Positions 17,571 to 26,782 are shown, counted from the first letter of the stretch. The stretch is DNA of 32,000 nt from Methanopyrus kandleri AV19 (GCF_000007185.1 NC_003551.1:1020001-1052000), one strand, 5' to 3'. A program made the numbers and translations. The notes: generated by a model from the sequence alone, not told the origin.

Positions 17571-18509
17571 TCACCCCATGAGGAGAGCTAAGATGGCTTT
17601 CTGCACGTGCAAGCGGTTTTCAGCCTGGTCGTAGATCACGCTCCGCTCCGAGTCCGCCACGTCGTCCGTGAGCTCGTACCCACGTTGTATGGGCATGCAG
17701 TGCATGACGATCGCGTGCTCGGGAGCGTGTGACATTAATTCCTCGTTGACCTGATACGGCCGGAATACCCGCAATCGTTCCTCCCGTTCGGCTTCGTCGC
17801 CCATGCTCACCCACACGTCGGTGTACACGACGTCGGCTTCGCGTACGGCCTCCTTAGGATCTCGAACTACCCGGGTCTCCGACCCCGATTCCTCGGCGCG
17901 ACGCTCTACCTCCCGCCAAACTCTGTCCGGGCACTCATACCCTTCGGGCACTGCGTGCACGAAATCCCAACCCAAAGTGGCACACACGAGGGCCAGGGAC
18001 GAACAGACGTTGTTCCCGTCTCCGACGAAGGCGACCGTGTGGGGACCTCGACCGAGCTTCTCCCGGATCGTGAAGGCGTCCGTAAGAGCTTGACAGGGGT
18101 GTTCGAGGTCACTCAGGCCGTTGATGACGGGTACCTCCGAGTACCGGGCGAACTCCTCGATGTCTTCGTGGCGGCGCGCTCGGATCATGACTCCGTCCAG
18201 ATACCTGCTCAGCACGGCCGCCGTGTCTTTGATCGCCTCACCTCGACCCAGCTGCAACTCCTGTTTTGTGTACGTGAAAGCCTGCCCGCCCAGCTGGTGC
18301 ATGGCCACCTCGAAGGAGACGCGGGTGCGGGTGGAGGGTTTCTCGAAGATTAGGCCGAGTGTCTTGCCTTCCAGTATCGGTATTACCCTCTCGCCCGCGA
18401 GGTAGCGTTCCTTGAACCGTTCGGCCACGCGCAGGACCGTTTCGACATCTTCCCGATCTAAATCCGCGATGGAAAGGAGATGGTTGGTGCTGAGGCGCTT
18501 CAACCTCAC
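17571..18509 (-). CDS. argF: Ornithine carbamoyltransferase
   Basis: Motifs are FEKPSTRTRVSFE (carbamoyl-phosphate binding), HPCQAL, TDVWVSMGDE and HCMP. The GTG start overlaps the purD stop by 1 nt. Confidence 0.92.
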   Translation of the reverse strand: MRLKRLSTNHLLSIADLDREDVETVLRVAERFKERYLAGERVIPILEGKTLGLIFEKPSTRTRVSFEVAMHQLGGQAFTYTKQELQLGRGEAIKDTAAVLSRYLDGVMIRARRHEDIEEFARYSEVPVINGLSDLEHPCQALTDAFTIREKLGRGPHTVAFVGDGNNVCSSLALVCATLGWDFVHAVPEGYECPDRVWREVERRAEESGSETRVVRDPKEAVREADVVYTDVWVSMGDEAEREERLRVFRPYQVNEELMSHAPEHAIVMHCMPIQRGYELTDDVADSERSVIYDQAENRLHVQKAILALLMG

Positions 18510-19858
18510 TACTCCCCACGGATTCGCTTCATACGGCGCACCCGCTTCTCAACGGTCTCATGCTTTCCGATGTCTGACCGGTGCCGAATCCTTTCCCCGC
18601 TCACGCACTCACGGATCGCACTCTCCGCGGCTTCTTCCGCCTGCTCGAGCTCGTCGCCGATACCCACGATCGCCAGGGCGCGGGAGGAGGTCATCCGGAT
18701 CTTTCCGTCCTCATCCAGGTTCACGGAAGCGTAGTACGGGACCGCGTCATACCTATGGATGCACTCCTCGTCCACCTCGATGACGTCTCCCTCTCCTTCC
18801 GACGACTCCGGGTACCCTTCGGGGACGACGTACTTGCACACGGTGGCCTTTTCGAGGAACTCGATCTCTCCCTCCATCGACCCCTCGGCGATCGACGCGT
18901 GAAGCGTTACGATGTCGCCTTCGGCGATCGGGAGGATGTTCATGGCTTCGGGGTCTCCGTACCGGCAGTTGAACTCGATGACGACGGGACCTTCCGCGGT
19001 CAGCATGAACTGCCCGTATAGAACCCCTCGGTACGGCTCACCGGTTTCCTTCTTGATCGCCTCGACAGTGCGTTCTAGGATCTCGACGGAACGTTCGTAA
19101 TCCTCTTTAGTTATGAACGGTAACAGACCATCGGGACACGAGTACGAGCCCATTCCACCAGTGATGGGGCCCTTATCACCCTCGTACGCGTGTGGGTGAT
19201 CCTGTACGGCTGGTGTGGGGATCACCTTTTCCCCGTCCGTGTAGGCCTGGATCGTGTACTCCTCACCCACGCACTTCTCCTCGATGATCACTTTGGGGAT
19301 CCCGCCGATGTCCTCCTCGAAGATCTCCTTCACGTATTCCTTCGCTTCGTCGAGATTCTTCAGCTGGTCGCCGACCACCTTCACTCCCTTACCGCCGGTC
19401 AGACCCGCCGGCTTGACGGCTACGGGTTTACCGAGCTCGTCGATGAAGTCGCAAGCCTCGTCGGGATCCTCGAATATCCCGAACTCCGGGCGGCCCGGAA
19501 TGTCGTACTTCTCCATCAGCTCGCGTGCGAAGCCCTTATCCCACTCGATCCGAGCCGGGCCCCGTTTCGGGCCGAACGTGGGGATGCCTTCCTCCTCCAG
19601 GCGGTCCGCCACTCCCTCGGCCAGCGGGTCTTCCGGCCCCACCACCGCGAAGTCCACGTTCCAGTCTGCGGCGGCTCGAGCCACCGCTTCCACGTCGGTC
19701 GGGTCTCCTACGACGTAGTCCTCGGCCAGTCGGATGATACCCGGGTTCCGGTTCCCCATGAACGCGTAAAGCTCTACGTCCTCGTCCGGAGCTCCGCAAA
19801 GCGCCTCTGCGATCGCGTGTTCTCGGGCGCCGCTACCCACGAGCAGTACTTTCAGCAT
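18509..19858 (-). CDS. purD: Phosphoribosylamine-glycine ligase
   Basis: The N-terminus is MLKVLLVGSGAREHAIAEAL. The middle region is ATP-grasp (PVAVKPAGLTGGKGVKV, EEYTIQAYTDG, IEFNCRYGDPE). Length is 449 aa. Confidence 0.93.
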   Translation of the reverse strand: MLKVLLVGSGAREHAIAEALCGAPDEDVELYAFMGNRNPGIIRLAEDYVVGDPTDVEAVARAAADWNVDFAVVGPEDPLAEGVADRLEEEGIPTFGPKRGPARIEWDKGFARELMEKYDIPGRPEFGIFEDPDEACDFIDELGKPVAVKPAGLTGGKGVKVVGDQLKNLDEAKEYVKEIFEEDIGGIPKVIIEEKCVGEEYTIQAYTDGEKVIPTPAVQDHPHAYEGDKGPITGGMGSYSCPDGLLPFITKEDYERSVEILERTVEAIKKETGEPYRGVLYGQFMLTAEGPVVIEFNCRYGDPEAMNILPIAEGDIVTLHASIAEGSMEGEIEFLEKATVCKYVVPEGYPESSEGEGDVIEVDEECIHRYDAVPYYASVNLDEDGKIRMTSSRALAIVGIGDELEQAEEAAESAIRECVSGERIRHRSDIGKHETVEKRVRRMKRIRGE

Positions 19859-20384
19859 CCCGCAGCCCCCGCAGGTCGTCGGCCGTCAGCACGCTCGAGA
19901 GCCTCACACCCCGCTCTTTAAGCGCTTCTTCCGCCCCCTCCTGTCGATCGACCACGACGACGGCGTCCCGCACCTCTCCGCCCTCCTCTTCGATGGCTTC
20001 TAAGGCCTCCAAGAGTGACCCTCCGGTCGTCGCGACGTCGTCGACGAGTACGACCTTCCGGCCCCTCACGTCCCCTACGATCCGCTCCCCGGTTCCGTAC
20101 TCCTTCTTCCGCTTCCGAACTATCGCCATGGGTAATCCGGCCTTCACCGAGAGCACCGAGACTAGCGGAACCGCTCCGAGCTCCGGTCCAGCGAGTACAT
20201 CTCCATCCGGTAGGACCTCGAGGAGGGCGTCCGTGAGCGCGTCAAGAACCTTCGGGTGCGTGCAGGCCTCCTTGATATCTACGTAATAGTCACTTCGCTT
20301 ACCCGAGGAGAGCACGAAATCCCCGAACTTCAGTGCCCCTACCTCCAACAACATCTCGGCGAGTCTCTCCCGATTCATCACCAT
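19833..20384 (-). CDS. pyrE: Orotate phosphoribosyltransferase
   Basis: Motifs are GALKFGDFVLSSGKRSDYYVD and VVLVDDVATTGGSL (PRPP motif). I start at ATG complement 20382-20384 (MVMNRERL...), preceded by GAAGGAGGTG. The 35 extra ORF-track codons overlap carS. Confidence 0.9.
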   Translation of the reverse strand: MVMNRERLAEMLLEVGALKFGDFVLSSGKRSDYYVDIKEACTHPKVLDALTDALLEVLPDGDVLAGPELGAVPLVSVLSVKAGLPMAIVRKRKKEYGTGERIVGDVRGRKVVLVDDVATTGGSLLEALEAIEEEGGEVRDAVVVVDRQEGAEEALKERGVRLSSVLTADDLRGLRDAESTARG

Positions 20385-20899
20385 GGCACCTCCTTCAGCT
20401 TCAGGAGGTATCCGATGACGTTGGTCAGCCAGTGGAGCGCCAGGGTCAGGATGGCCAGACCGACTAGCACCCAACCCGGTGGGTGCCACCCGTACACCAG
20501 ATAGTAGAGCAGCACCGCCCCAACGAAGAAGTCCAGCTGATCGAGCACCGGAGCGGGTGCTCCGCGTTCGAGCCCGATCCTGCGCTTCACGAAGCTGCCT
20601 ACCGCGTCGCCGGCCATCGCACCGAGCCCTAGAATAAACCCATCACCGGCTTTCCAGGGGTCCCCAACCACGAGCCCCTCTCCGAGTCCCACCACGGCTC
20701 CCGCCAAGACGCCCACGATAAAGCCACGGATCGTTACACCATCACCCAGCAGTCGGCGCCCGTCAGAAAGCTTTTTACCGAAATCGAGCGGTCTCCCGCC
20801 GCCGAAAAGGCACGCGCTCAAGTTCGCGATGTACGCCGGTAGGATGAACCAGAGACCCTTTCCGAGTTCCAACCATGCCCCGCTTCCCATTTCAACCAT
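20378..20899 (-). CDS. carS: CDP-archaeol synthase (CDP-2,3-bis-O-geranylgeranyl-sn-glycerol synthase, DUF46 family)
   Basis: Family-typical motifs are WFILPAYIANLSACLFGGGRPLDFGK, DGRRLLGDGVTIRG and GDAVGSFVKRRIGLERGAPAPVLDQLDF. The start is placed at ATG complement 20897-20899 (MVEMGSGAW...), giving 173 aa. The 94 upstream ORF-track codons are antisense to the next gene. Confidence 0.85.
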   Translation of the reverse strand: MVEMGSGAWLELGKGLWFILPAYIANLSACLFGGGRPLDFGKKLSDGRRLLGDGVTIRGFIVGVLAGAVVGLGEGLVVGDPWKAGDGFILGLGAMAGDAVGSFVKRRIGLERGAPAPVLDQLDFFVGAVLLYYLVYGWHPPGWVLVGLAILTLALHWLTNVIGYLLKLKEVPW

Positions 20900-20917
20900 C
20901 CCCTCGGGGGTCCGGTA

Positions 20918-22417
20918 GTGAGCGACACCCTGTACGAGACCGAGAGCCTCTGCCCCGAATGTCTCCGAGTGGTACCGGCGAGGCTCGTTCGGACCGCCGA
21001 AGGTTCCGTGGAGATAGTTAAGAAGTGCCCGGAACACGGTGAGTTCCGCGAAGTCGTATGGTCCGATGTCGAGTTCTTCGAACGCGCCTTCGAGTACGAG
21101 TTCAAGGGTCCCGGCGTGGAGAACCCACAAACGGACAGCGAGAACGGCTGCCCACTCGACTGCGGTCTCTGCCCGTGCCACGAGAGTACTACCGCTCTCG
21201 GGATCATCGACGTCACGAACCGGTGTAACATGAACTGTCCCGTATGTTTCGCCAACGCAGAGGCTAAGGGTTACGTGTACGAGCCGTCCCTCGAGCAGAT
21301 CGAGGAGATGCTTGACTTATTACGCTCGGAGCGCCCCGTGCCGGCTCCCGCGGTGCAGTTCGCGGGCGGCGAGCCGTTAGTCCGTGAGGACATCGTCGAG
21401 ATCGTCGCCGCCGCGGACGAGCGCGGCTTCCACGTACAGATCGCGACGAACGGTGTGGAGTTCGCCCGGAATCCGGAGCTGGCGGAGGATCTCCACGCCG
21501 CCGGACTGAACGTCGTGTACCTGCAGTTCGACGGGCTGAACCCCGAGATCTACGAGGAGATACGGGGCTCCAGGAAGGTCCTCGAGTTGAAGAAGGAGGC
21601 GATCAAGGTCCTCGAGCGCGAGGGGATCTCCACGGTCCTCGTACCCACGCTGGCCCGCGGGGTCAACGACGATCAGATTCGGCCCATGCTGGACTTCGCC
21701 CGCGAGTTCGAGGTCATCCGCGGGATCAACGTGCAGCCGATCTCGTTCACGGGTCGAACGCCGCGCGAGGAGCGGGAGCGCATGCGCATCACCATACCGG
21801 ACTTCGTCAAGCTCGTCGAGGAGCAGACGGACGGCCGTATCCCCGCCGAGAGCTTCTACCCGGTCCCGATCGCGGCGAAGATAGCCCGGCTGATTGGACA
21901 ACTCCACGGGAAGCGGAAGCCGGAGTTCTCCGCGCACCCGATCTGCGGGGTCGCCACCTATCTACTCGACGAAGGGGACTGGTACCGCCCCATCACCGAC
22001 TACGTCGATCCGGACGCGTTCATCGACGCGCTGGAAGAGGTCGCGGAGAAGGCGGGATCGTTGGATCGAAAGCGGGATCGAGCGAAGGCCGCTTGGATCG
22101 TGACCAAGTACCTACGGCGCGTCTTCAAGGGCCTCACTGGCAAACGCAAGCTGGCCCGACTGGTCCTCGACGTCGTGACTAAGGGAACCTACGACGCCCT
22201 CGCGGACTTCCACTGGAACGCGCTGCTACTGGGCTGTATGCACTTCATGGACCCGTACAACTTCCAGACGGACCGTGTGCGACGGTGCGTGATCCACTAC
22301 GCGACACCGGACGGACGGATCGTACCGTTCTGCCCCTATAACTCCATACACCGTGAAGAGATCGAGCGGAAGTTCGGCGTGCCGCTCGAGGAGTGGAAGG
22401 AACGCCGGAACGGGTGA
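20918..22417 (+). CDS. tes: Radical-SAM enzyme of the MJ0619 / Tes (tetraether lipid synthase, GDGT-MAS) type
   Basis: It has an N-terminal rubredoxin-like pair (SLCPECL...CPEHG), then [11 protein letters not shown], then the radical-SAM motif CNMNCPVC. At about 499 aa, its length and cysteine architecture match what I recall for GDGT-MAS. GTG start. Confidence 0.7.
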   Translation: MSDTLYETESLCPECLRVVPARLVRTAEGSVEIVKKCPEHGEFREVVWSDVEFFERAFEYEFKGPGVENPQTDSENGCPLDCGLCPCHESTTALGIIDVTNRCNMNCPVCFANAEAKGYVYEPSLEQIEEMLDLLRSERPVPAPAVQFAGGEPLVREDIVEIVAAADERGFHVQIATNGVEFARNPELAEDLHAAGLNVVYLQFDGLNPEIYEEIRGSRKVLELKKEAIKVLEREGISTVLVPTLARGVNDDQIRPMLDFAREFEVIRGINVQPISFTGRTPREERERMRITIPDFVKLVEEQTDGRIPAESFYPVPIAAKIARLIGQLHGKRKPEFSAHPICGVATYLLDEGDWYRPITDYVDPDAFIDALEEVAEKAGSLDRKRDRAKAAWIVTKYLRRVFKGLTGKRKLARLVLDVVTKGTYDALADFHWNALLLGCMHFMDPYNFQTDRVRRCVIHYATPDGRIVPFCPYNSIHREEIERKFGVPLEEWKERRNG

Positions 22418-23175
22418 CACGGTTGCCACTCCGCGAGGCGGCCGAGAGGGTTGTAGAGGCCGAGACAGTCGTCGTGCTCACCGGGGCCGGCGCCTCGGCG
22501 GACTCCGGTATCCCGACGTTCCGGGGAAAGGATGGACTCTGGAACAAGTACGACCCTCGGGAACTGGCCACACCCGAGGCCTTCGCACGCGATCCGGAGA
22601 AGGTTTGGGAGTGGTACCTCTGGCGCCGCCGTAAGATCGCCGAGGCCGAACCCAACCCTGCCCACACCGTCCTGGCGCGTATGGAGCGGGACGGCCTCCT
22701 CGAAGCCGTCATCACGCAGAACGTGGACGGGCTCCACCAGCGGGCCGGATCCCGTCGCGTGATCGAGCTCCACGGCAACATCTGGCGGGACGAGTGCGTA
22801 TCCTGCGAATACCAGCGAGTGAACGACCCCGAGCGCGGCGAGGGACTCGAGTACGACGAGCTGCCACCGAGGTGCCCCGAGTGCGGGGATCCGCTGCGCC
22901 CCGGCGTAGTCTGGTTCGGTGAGCCACTGCCGTCTGACGCGCTCGTGGAGGCGGAGAACCTCGCCCGATCCTGCGACGTGATGCTCGTGATCGGAACCTC
23001 GGGTGAAGTCCGGCCCGCCGCCGACCTCCCGCTCGTGGCCAAATCCTGTGGGGCCACCCTGATAGAGATCAACCCGAGCGAGACTGCGCTCAGCCCCCAC
23101 ATGGACGTTATCATCCGAGAACGAGCGGCTTCGGCCATGGAAGCCCTATGGAACGAGATCGAGCGACTCCTGTGA
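22414..23175 (+). CDS. cobB: NAD-dependent protein deacylase, Sir2 family
   Basis: Motifs are [24 protein letters not shown], the Zn ribbon CVSCEY...[17 protein letters not shown], and VIGTSG. GTG 22414 overlaps the upstream stop (GTGA). The ORF-track start, GTG 22393, is the alternative. Confidence 0.9.
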
Positions 23176-23738
23176 TGATATGTGGATTTTCCTCCGGATA
23201 TGGGCCCCTACCGGCCGGTTTCCATGTTCCTGCGCGATGATTTGTGCGATACCACCTCGCAACTTCTACTCTCAACTCCACTCCCACCTTTGGGTTTCGC
23301 GGCGAGAGAGTAATGCATGTGAGAACGAGGAATCGAGTCCCGGTCGCCCGAAGACGGCCCCGCCCGATGTGGGTACCTCCTGCCGGTAATCCGTTCGGAC
23401 GACACGACTTCTTCGTGCTGTCACGATCTAGGGGGATCCGCACGTAGTTCCAAGTTCTTCGTTAACTAGGGCGCGTGGAGATACTCAATCTCCCCCGATG
23501 ACCAGGTCTGCCTCCCCTCAAGTACCGGCCCGGTGGGTGCAATCCGTTTCTCCGGAGCGTCCGAAGTGTCGCACAAATCTCTGAGAAGGACTCGTTCCCC
23601 CGAAGGTCCGCAACAGTCGATCCTCGTCCGCTCCCGTACTCCCTCGAGGTGGATCGCGCTGAGTAATATGAACAGAGAGCCAGAGCGGCTCACCTCCGCT
23701 GGCCATCCGCTCATCCACCGTCGCCGGGAGCGGTCCGA

Positions 23739-24476
23739 TCATCGCCGGACCGTGAGGGACTCCACCTCGACACCCAACTCCCGCTCCACGAGCCTGAGCA
23801 CGCGTTCGCCCCAGGCCAGCTTCTTCCTCTTCACGGGATCGGCCCGGAAAACTCCCCTGCCTTCACCGGGTCGGGAGTACTCCGTCGTGAGGTTCCCGAA
23901 GTCCATTCCCACGGTGAGCACGCGCTCCGCGCCCAACCTCGCCGCCATGACCACCGCCCGATCTCCATCCGTGAAGCCTCCGAAATTGTGCAGGAGGTCA
24001 CACGGTGGCTCGACCTGACACGTTCCTAGGATCCTGCCGAGAGTGGGTACGAGTTCCGCCAGCTCGGTCACGTTATCCCCGTGGGCGTGTACGACCGTGA
24101 TGGAACCGCACTCGCTGGACATCAGCAGGTACTCCTTCGGTCCGTCGAGATCCGTCACGACGACGTCCGGTACGATTCCGAGCTCGAGGAGGGCTCTACA
24201 GGCGCCGTCGGCGGCGTAGACGACACTGTCCTCCAGCTCCCCGACGATCTTCGGCAGCTCCGCTATCGAGGGACCGGCTCCCACCACGACCACCTCTTCT
24301 TCGACCGGCAGGTCCTCCGGGCGTAGGACGCGGGGATGGTCGCGGAGGAGCTCGCACAAGAACGAGGCGGCCCACAGGTCCTCGGACTCCTTATAACCTA
24401 GGTCCGCCCGGATCTCCTCGATTATCCCCTTCAACGGATCCGACAAGGGGGAACCCCGCGTGGTCGTGGTCGGCAT
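23739..24476 (-). CDS. mptE: MptE-like 6-hydroxymethyl-7,8-dihydropterin diphosphokinase family protein (DUF115/PF01973 type)
   Basis: VVVVGAGPS, VVVTDLDG, VVHAHGDN and FGGFTDGDRAV match the MptE-like family pattern. The ATG at 24476 overlaps the argC start. In-frame TTG 24446 is an alternative start. Confidence 0.7.
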   Translation of the reverse strand: MPTTTTRGSPLSDPLKGIIEEIRADLGYKESEDLWAASFLCELLRDHPRVLRPEDLPVEEEVVVVGAGPSIAELPKIVGELEDSVVYAADGACRALLELGIVPDVVVTDLDGPKEYLLMSSECGSITVVHAHGDNVTELAELVPTLGRILGTCQVEPPCDLLHNFGGFTDGDRAVVMAARLGAERVLTVGMDFGNLTTEYSRPGEGRGVFRADPVKRKKLAWGERVLRLVERELGVEVESLTVRR

Positions 24477-25491
24477 CGTGGGTGCATCAGGTTACACCGG
24501 AGGCGAGCTCCTTAGACTCCTCGCCCGACACCCGGAGGTGGAAGAGGTCCGCTACGCGACCTCCAGGAGGCTCGAGGGAAAGCCAGTCTGGAAGGTACAC
24601 CCGAACCTGCGGCGTGACTACCCCGACCTCGAGTTCTCGGACCCTGATCCCGTTGAAATCGGCGAAGACTGCGACGTCGTATTCACCGCCGTCCCACACA
24701 CCGCCGCCATGGAGCTGGTCCCGGATCTACTGGAAGGAGGGGCCGTGGTGATCGATCTCAGCGCCGATTTCCGGTTCGACGACGTGGATGTCTACGAGGA
24801 GTGGTACGGCGTCGAACACGCGGCTCCGGAGCTGAACGACGAGGCCGTTTACGGGCTGCCCGAGCTACACCGGGACGAGATACGGCGCACAGACCTCATC
24901 GCCAACCCGGGGTGCTACCCGACAGGCGCTATCCTGGCCGCCGCACCGCTAGTCGAGGAAGGGCTCGTCGACGTCGTGATCTTCGACTCCAAGAGCGGTA
25001 CCTCCGGGGCCGGTGCGAAGCCTTCGGAGGTCACCCACCACCCGGAGTGCGCCGAGGACCTGACACCCTACAACCCGACGGATCACCGTCACTTACCCGA
25101 AATACGGCAGGAGCTGGGGAAGTTGGGCGACGTCGAGGTTCACTTCACCCCGCACCTGGCGCCGCTCGTCCGGGGTATCGAGACCACGGCCCACGGTCTA
25201 GGGGATGTAGAGATCGAGCCGAAGGAGCTCCGGGAGCTTTACGTGGAATACTACGACGGTGAGCCTTTCATCCGTGTCTGCGAGGTCGGTGAGGCTCCGC
25301 GGCTCTGGGCCGTCCGTGGGACCAACTACTGCGACGTGGGCGTCTTCGCGGTAGGTGATGGCAGGGTCGTCGTAGCGTCGGCGATCGACAACCTCACCAA
25401 GGGCGCGTCCGGTCAGGCGATTCAGAACATGAACGTGAGGTTCGGGTTCGAGGAGACCGCGGGGTTAGAGGAGCCCGGGTATCATCCCTGA
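24460..25491 (+). CDS. argC: N-acetyl-gamma-glutamyl-phosphate reductase (ArgC/LysY family)
   Basis: Motifs are VGIVGASGYTGGELLRLL, IANPGCYPT (catalytic Cys) and AIDNLTKGASGQAIQNMN. The GTG start follows AGGGGGA. Confidence 0.92.
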   Translation: MVVVGIVGASGYTGGELLRLLARHPEVEEVRYATSRRLEGKPVWKVHPNLRRDYPDLEFSDPDPVEIGEDCDVVFTAVPHTAAMELVPDLLEGGAVVIDLSADFRFDDVDVYEEWYGVEHAAPELNDEAVYGLPELHRDEIRRTDLIANPGCYPTGAILAAAPLVEEGLVDVVIFDSKSGTSGAGAKPSEVTHHPECAEDLTPYNPTDHRHLPEIRQELGKLGDVEVHFTPHLAPLVRGIETTAHGLGDVEIEPKELRELYVEYYDGEPFIRVCEVGEAPRLWAVRGTNYCDVGVFAVGDGRVVVASAIDNLTKGASGQAIQNMNVRFGFEETAGLEEPGYHP

Positions 25492-26076
25492 ACCCGCTCC
25501 CGTACGAGCTCCTGGACCTTCCGACATCCCTCCTTGTCTCCCTTGGGTACCAGGGCGAAGGCGCAGCGCCTGTCACCGAGCCCCCAACATGCGTACTCGA
25601 TCGCGTAGTACTCCCGGCCTTCGATGGCGCCGATCATCCCCTGGATCAGGCCGCTCTCCAGGTGCGCACAGCGTCTCACCCATCTCCGGGGCTCCACAAC
25701 ACGAGATGCAGTCGTACACGACCACGTTATCGTAGCCCATATCCGCGACGAGCTCGTCCGCTTCGTCCTCCTGGACGCCCACTTGGACCTCGCCGCACCT
25801 TATCTCCTGCAAGTACTCGCACGCGTCCTCCACGTCCGAGAACTCCATCCGCTTGACGATCTCGTGTCCGAGCTGTTCCGCTCGCTTCCTAACCTCACCG
25901 TTCGCTTCGAGGTCCCAGATCACCGATCTCGCGATCAGGAACGCCGTACGATCGATCTTGCGGTTGCACGTCTCAACCATCTGCAAAATGTCCTCCAGCC
26001 TCACGCTGGCCCCGCGGAGTCTGAAGTGATCACGGTGATAATCATTTTTCCACCCACCGCCGGATGTCGCGCTCAC
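25482..26076 (-). pseudogene. V4R-domain (4-vinyl-reductase-type small-molecule-binding) protein interrupted by a +1 frame change
   Basis: ORF 25573..26076 reads ...VVVYDCISCCGAPEMGETLCA and then degenerates into P/R/D-rich sequence. ORF 25482..25697, in the +1 frame, continues sensibly with CAHLESGLIQGMIGAIEGREYYAIEYACWGLGDRRCAFALVPKG, the V4R C-terminal core. The frames switch in TGTGCGCAC (complement of about 25662-25672). The GTG start overlaps the upstream stop (GTGA at 26073-26076). Confidence 0.7.
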
Positions 26077-26720
26077 ACGCGTACCTCCAGCCCGGGACCG
26101 ACGTTCAGGAACTCGAAGCGTCGTCGGAACATGCGCTTCGCGACCTCACCGGAGCAGTGACAAGGACCGGCGATCTTCACTCCGAGTTCCTCGAGACGGT
26201 CCGCCACCTTCTCCACCTCGATCTCGGTCGCCCCCATCAGGTGGAATCCGCCGAGCACTGTGTGGACTTCGAGCCCTCTCCTCACGCACCACTCGACGAA
26301 CTCGTGTATCCCGGGGTGCGCGCATCCCGTGATCAGGAGTCCGTTCGCGTACAGGGCTCGCTCCGGTGGTGGTCCCTCGAGGACGTCCGTGAGCACCATG
26401 TCACCTATTCCCAACCACTCCTCTCGGACGAGCTCGTTCTTCACCCCGATCCGTTCCGGGGTCACGATCCTGGCCACCTCCGACTCCGCCGCCTGCAACC
26501 CGCCGGTGTGATCCCAGTGATTGTGGGAGATGACCACCGCGGTCAGATCCTCGGGTTCGTAGCCGAGCCCCTTGAGGTTGTGTAGCAGGAGGTCCGGGTC
26601 GGGTCCGGTGTCGAAGAGCACTCGGTGACGCCCGTCCTCCACCAGTGCGGCGAAACCGGGACCGGACCGCAACTCCGGATCCAGTGGCGGTTCGTCCGAC
26701 ACCACCACCGTAACCTTCAA
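26073..26720 (-). CDS. Metallo-beta-lactamase-fold protein of the COG1237 / DHPS-like (MJ0301-type) group
   Basis: VISHNHWDHTGG is the HxHxDH motif. The N-terminus from TTG (complement 26718-26720), MKVTVVVSDEP...GFAALVEDGRHRVLFDTGPDPDLLLHNLKGLG, follows the pattern I recall for COG1237. The ORF-track start at 26843 adds 41 R/G/S-rich codons. Confidence 0.7.
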   Translation of the reverse strand: MKVTVVVSDEPPLDPELRSGPGFAALVEDGRHRVLFDTGPDPDLLLHNLKGLGYEPEDLTAVVISHNHWDHTGGLQAAESEVARIVTPERIGVKNELVREEWLGIGDMVLTDVLEGPPPERALYANGLLITGCAHPGIHEFVEWCVRRGLEVHTVLGGFHLMGATEIEVEKVADRLEELGVKIAGPCHCSGEVAKRMFRRRFEFLNVGPGLEVRV

Positions 26721-26782
26721 CGCTACGTCTCCCCGTGAGCCGCTGTCGCCGGTGGACGCCGTTACCCCGGACCGGAACTGAC

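Noticed and set aside
22245-23138. 297-aa and 254-aa minus-strand ORFs (22245..23138 and 22336..23100)
   Set aside because: Both are antisense to the Sir2 gene. Their translations are serine/arginine-rich and low-complexity.
23172-23240. C/D box sRNA starting at the perfect C box GTGATGA that overlaps the Sir2 stop
   Set aside because: There is no CUGA D' or D box at the required spacing of about 12 nt. The nearest C'-like GCGATGA is 62 nt away, and no terminal stem could be drawn.
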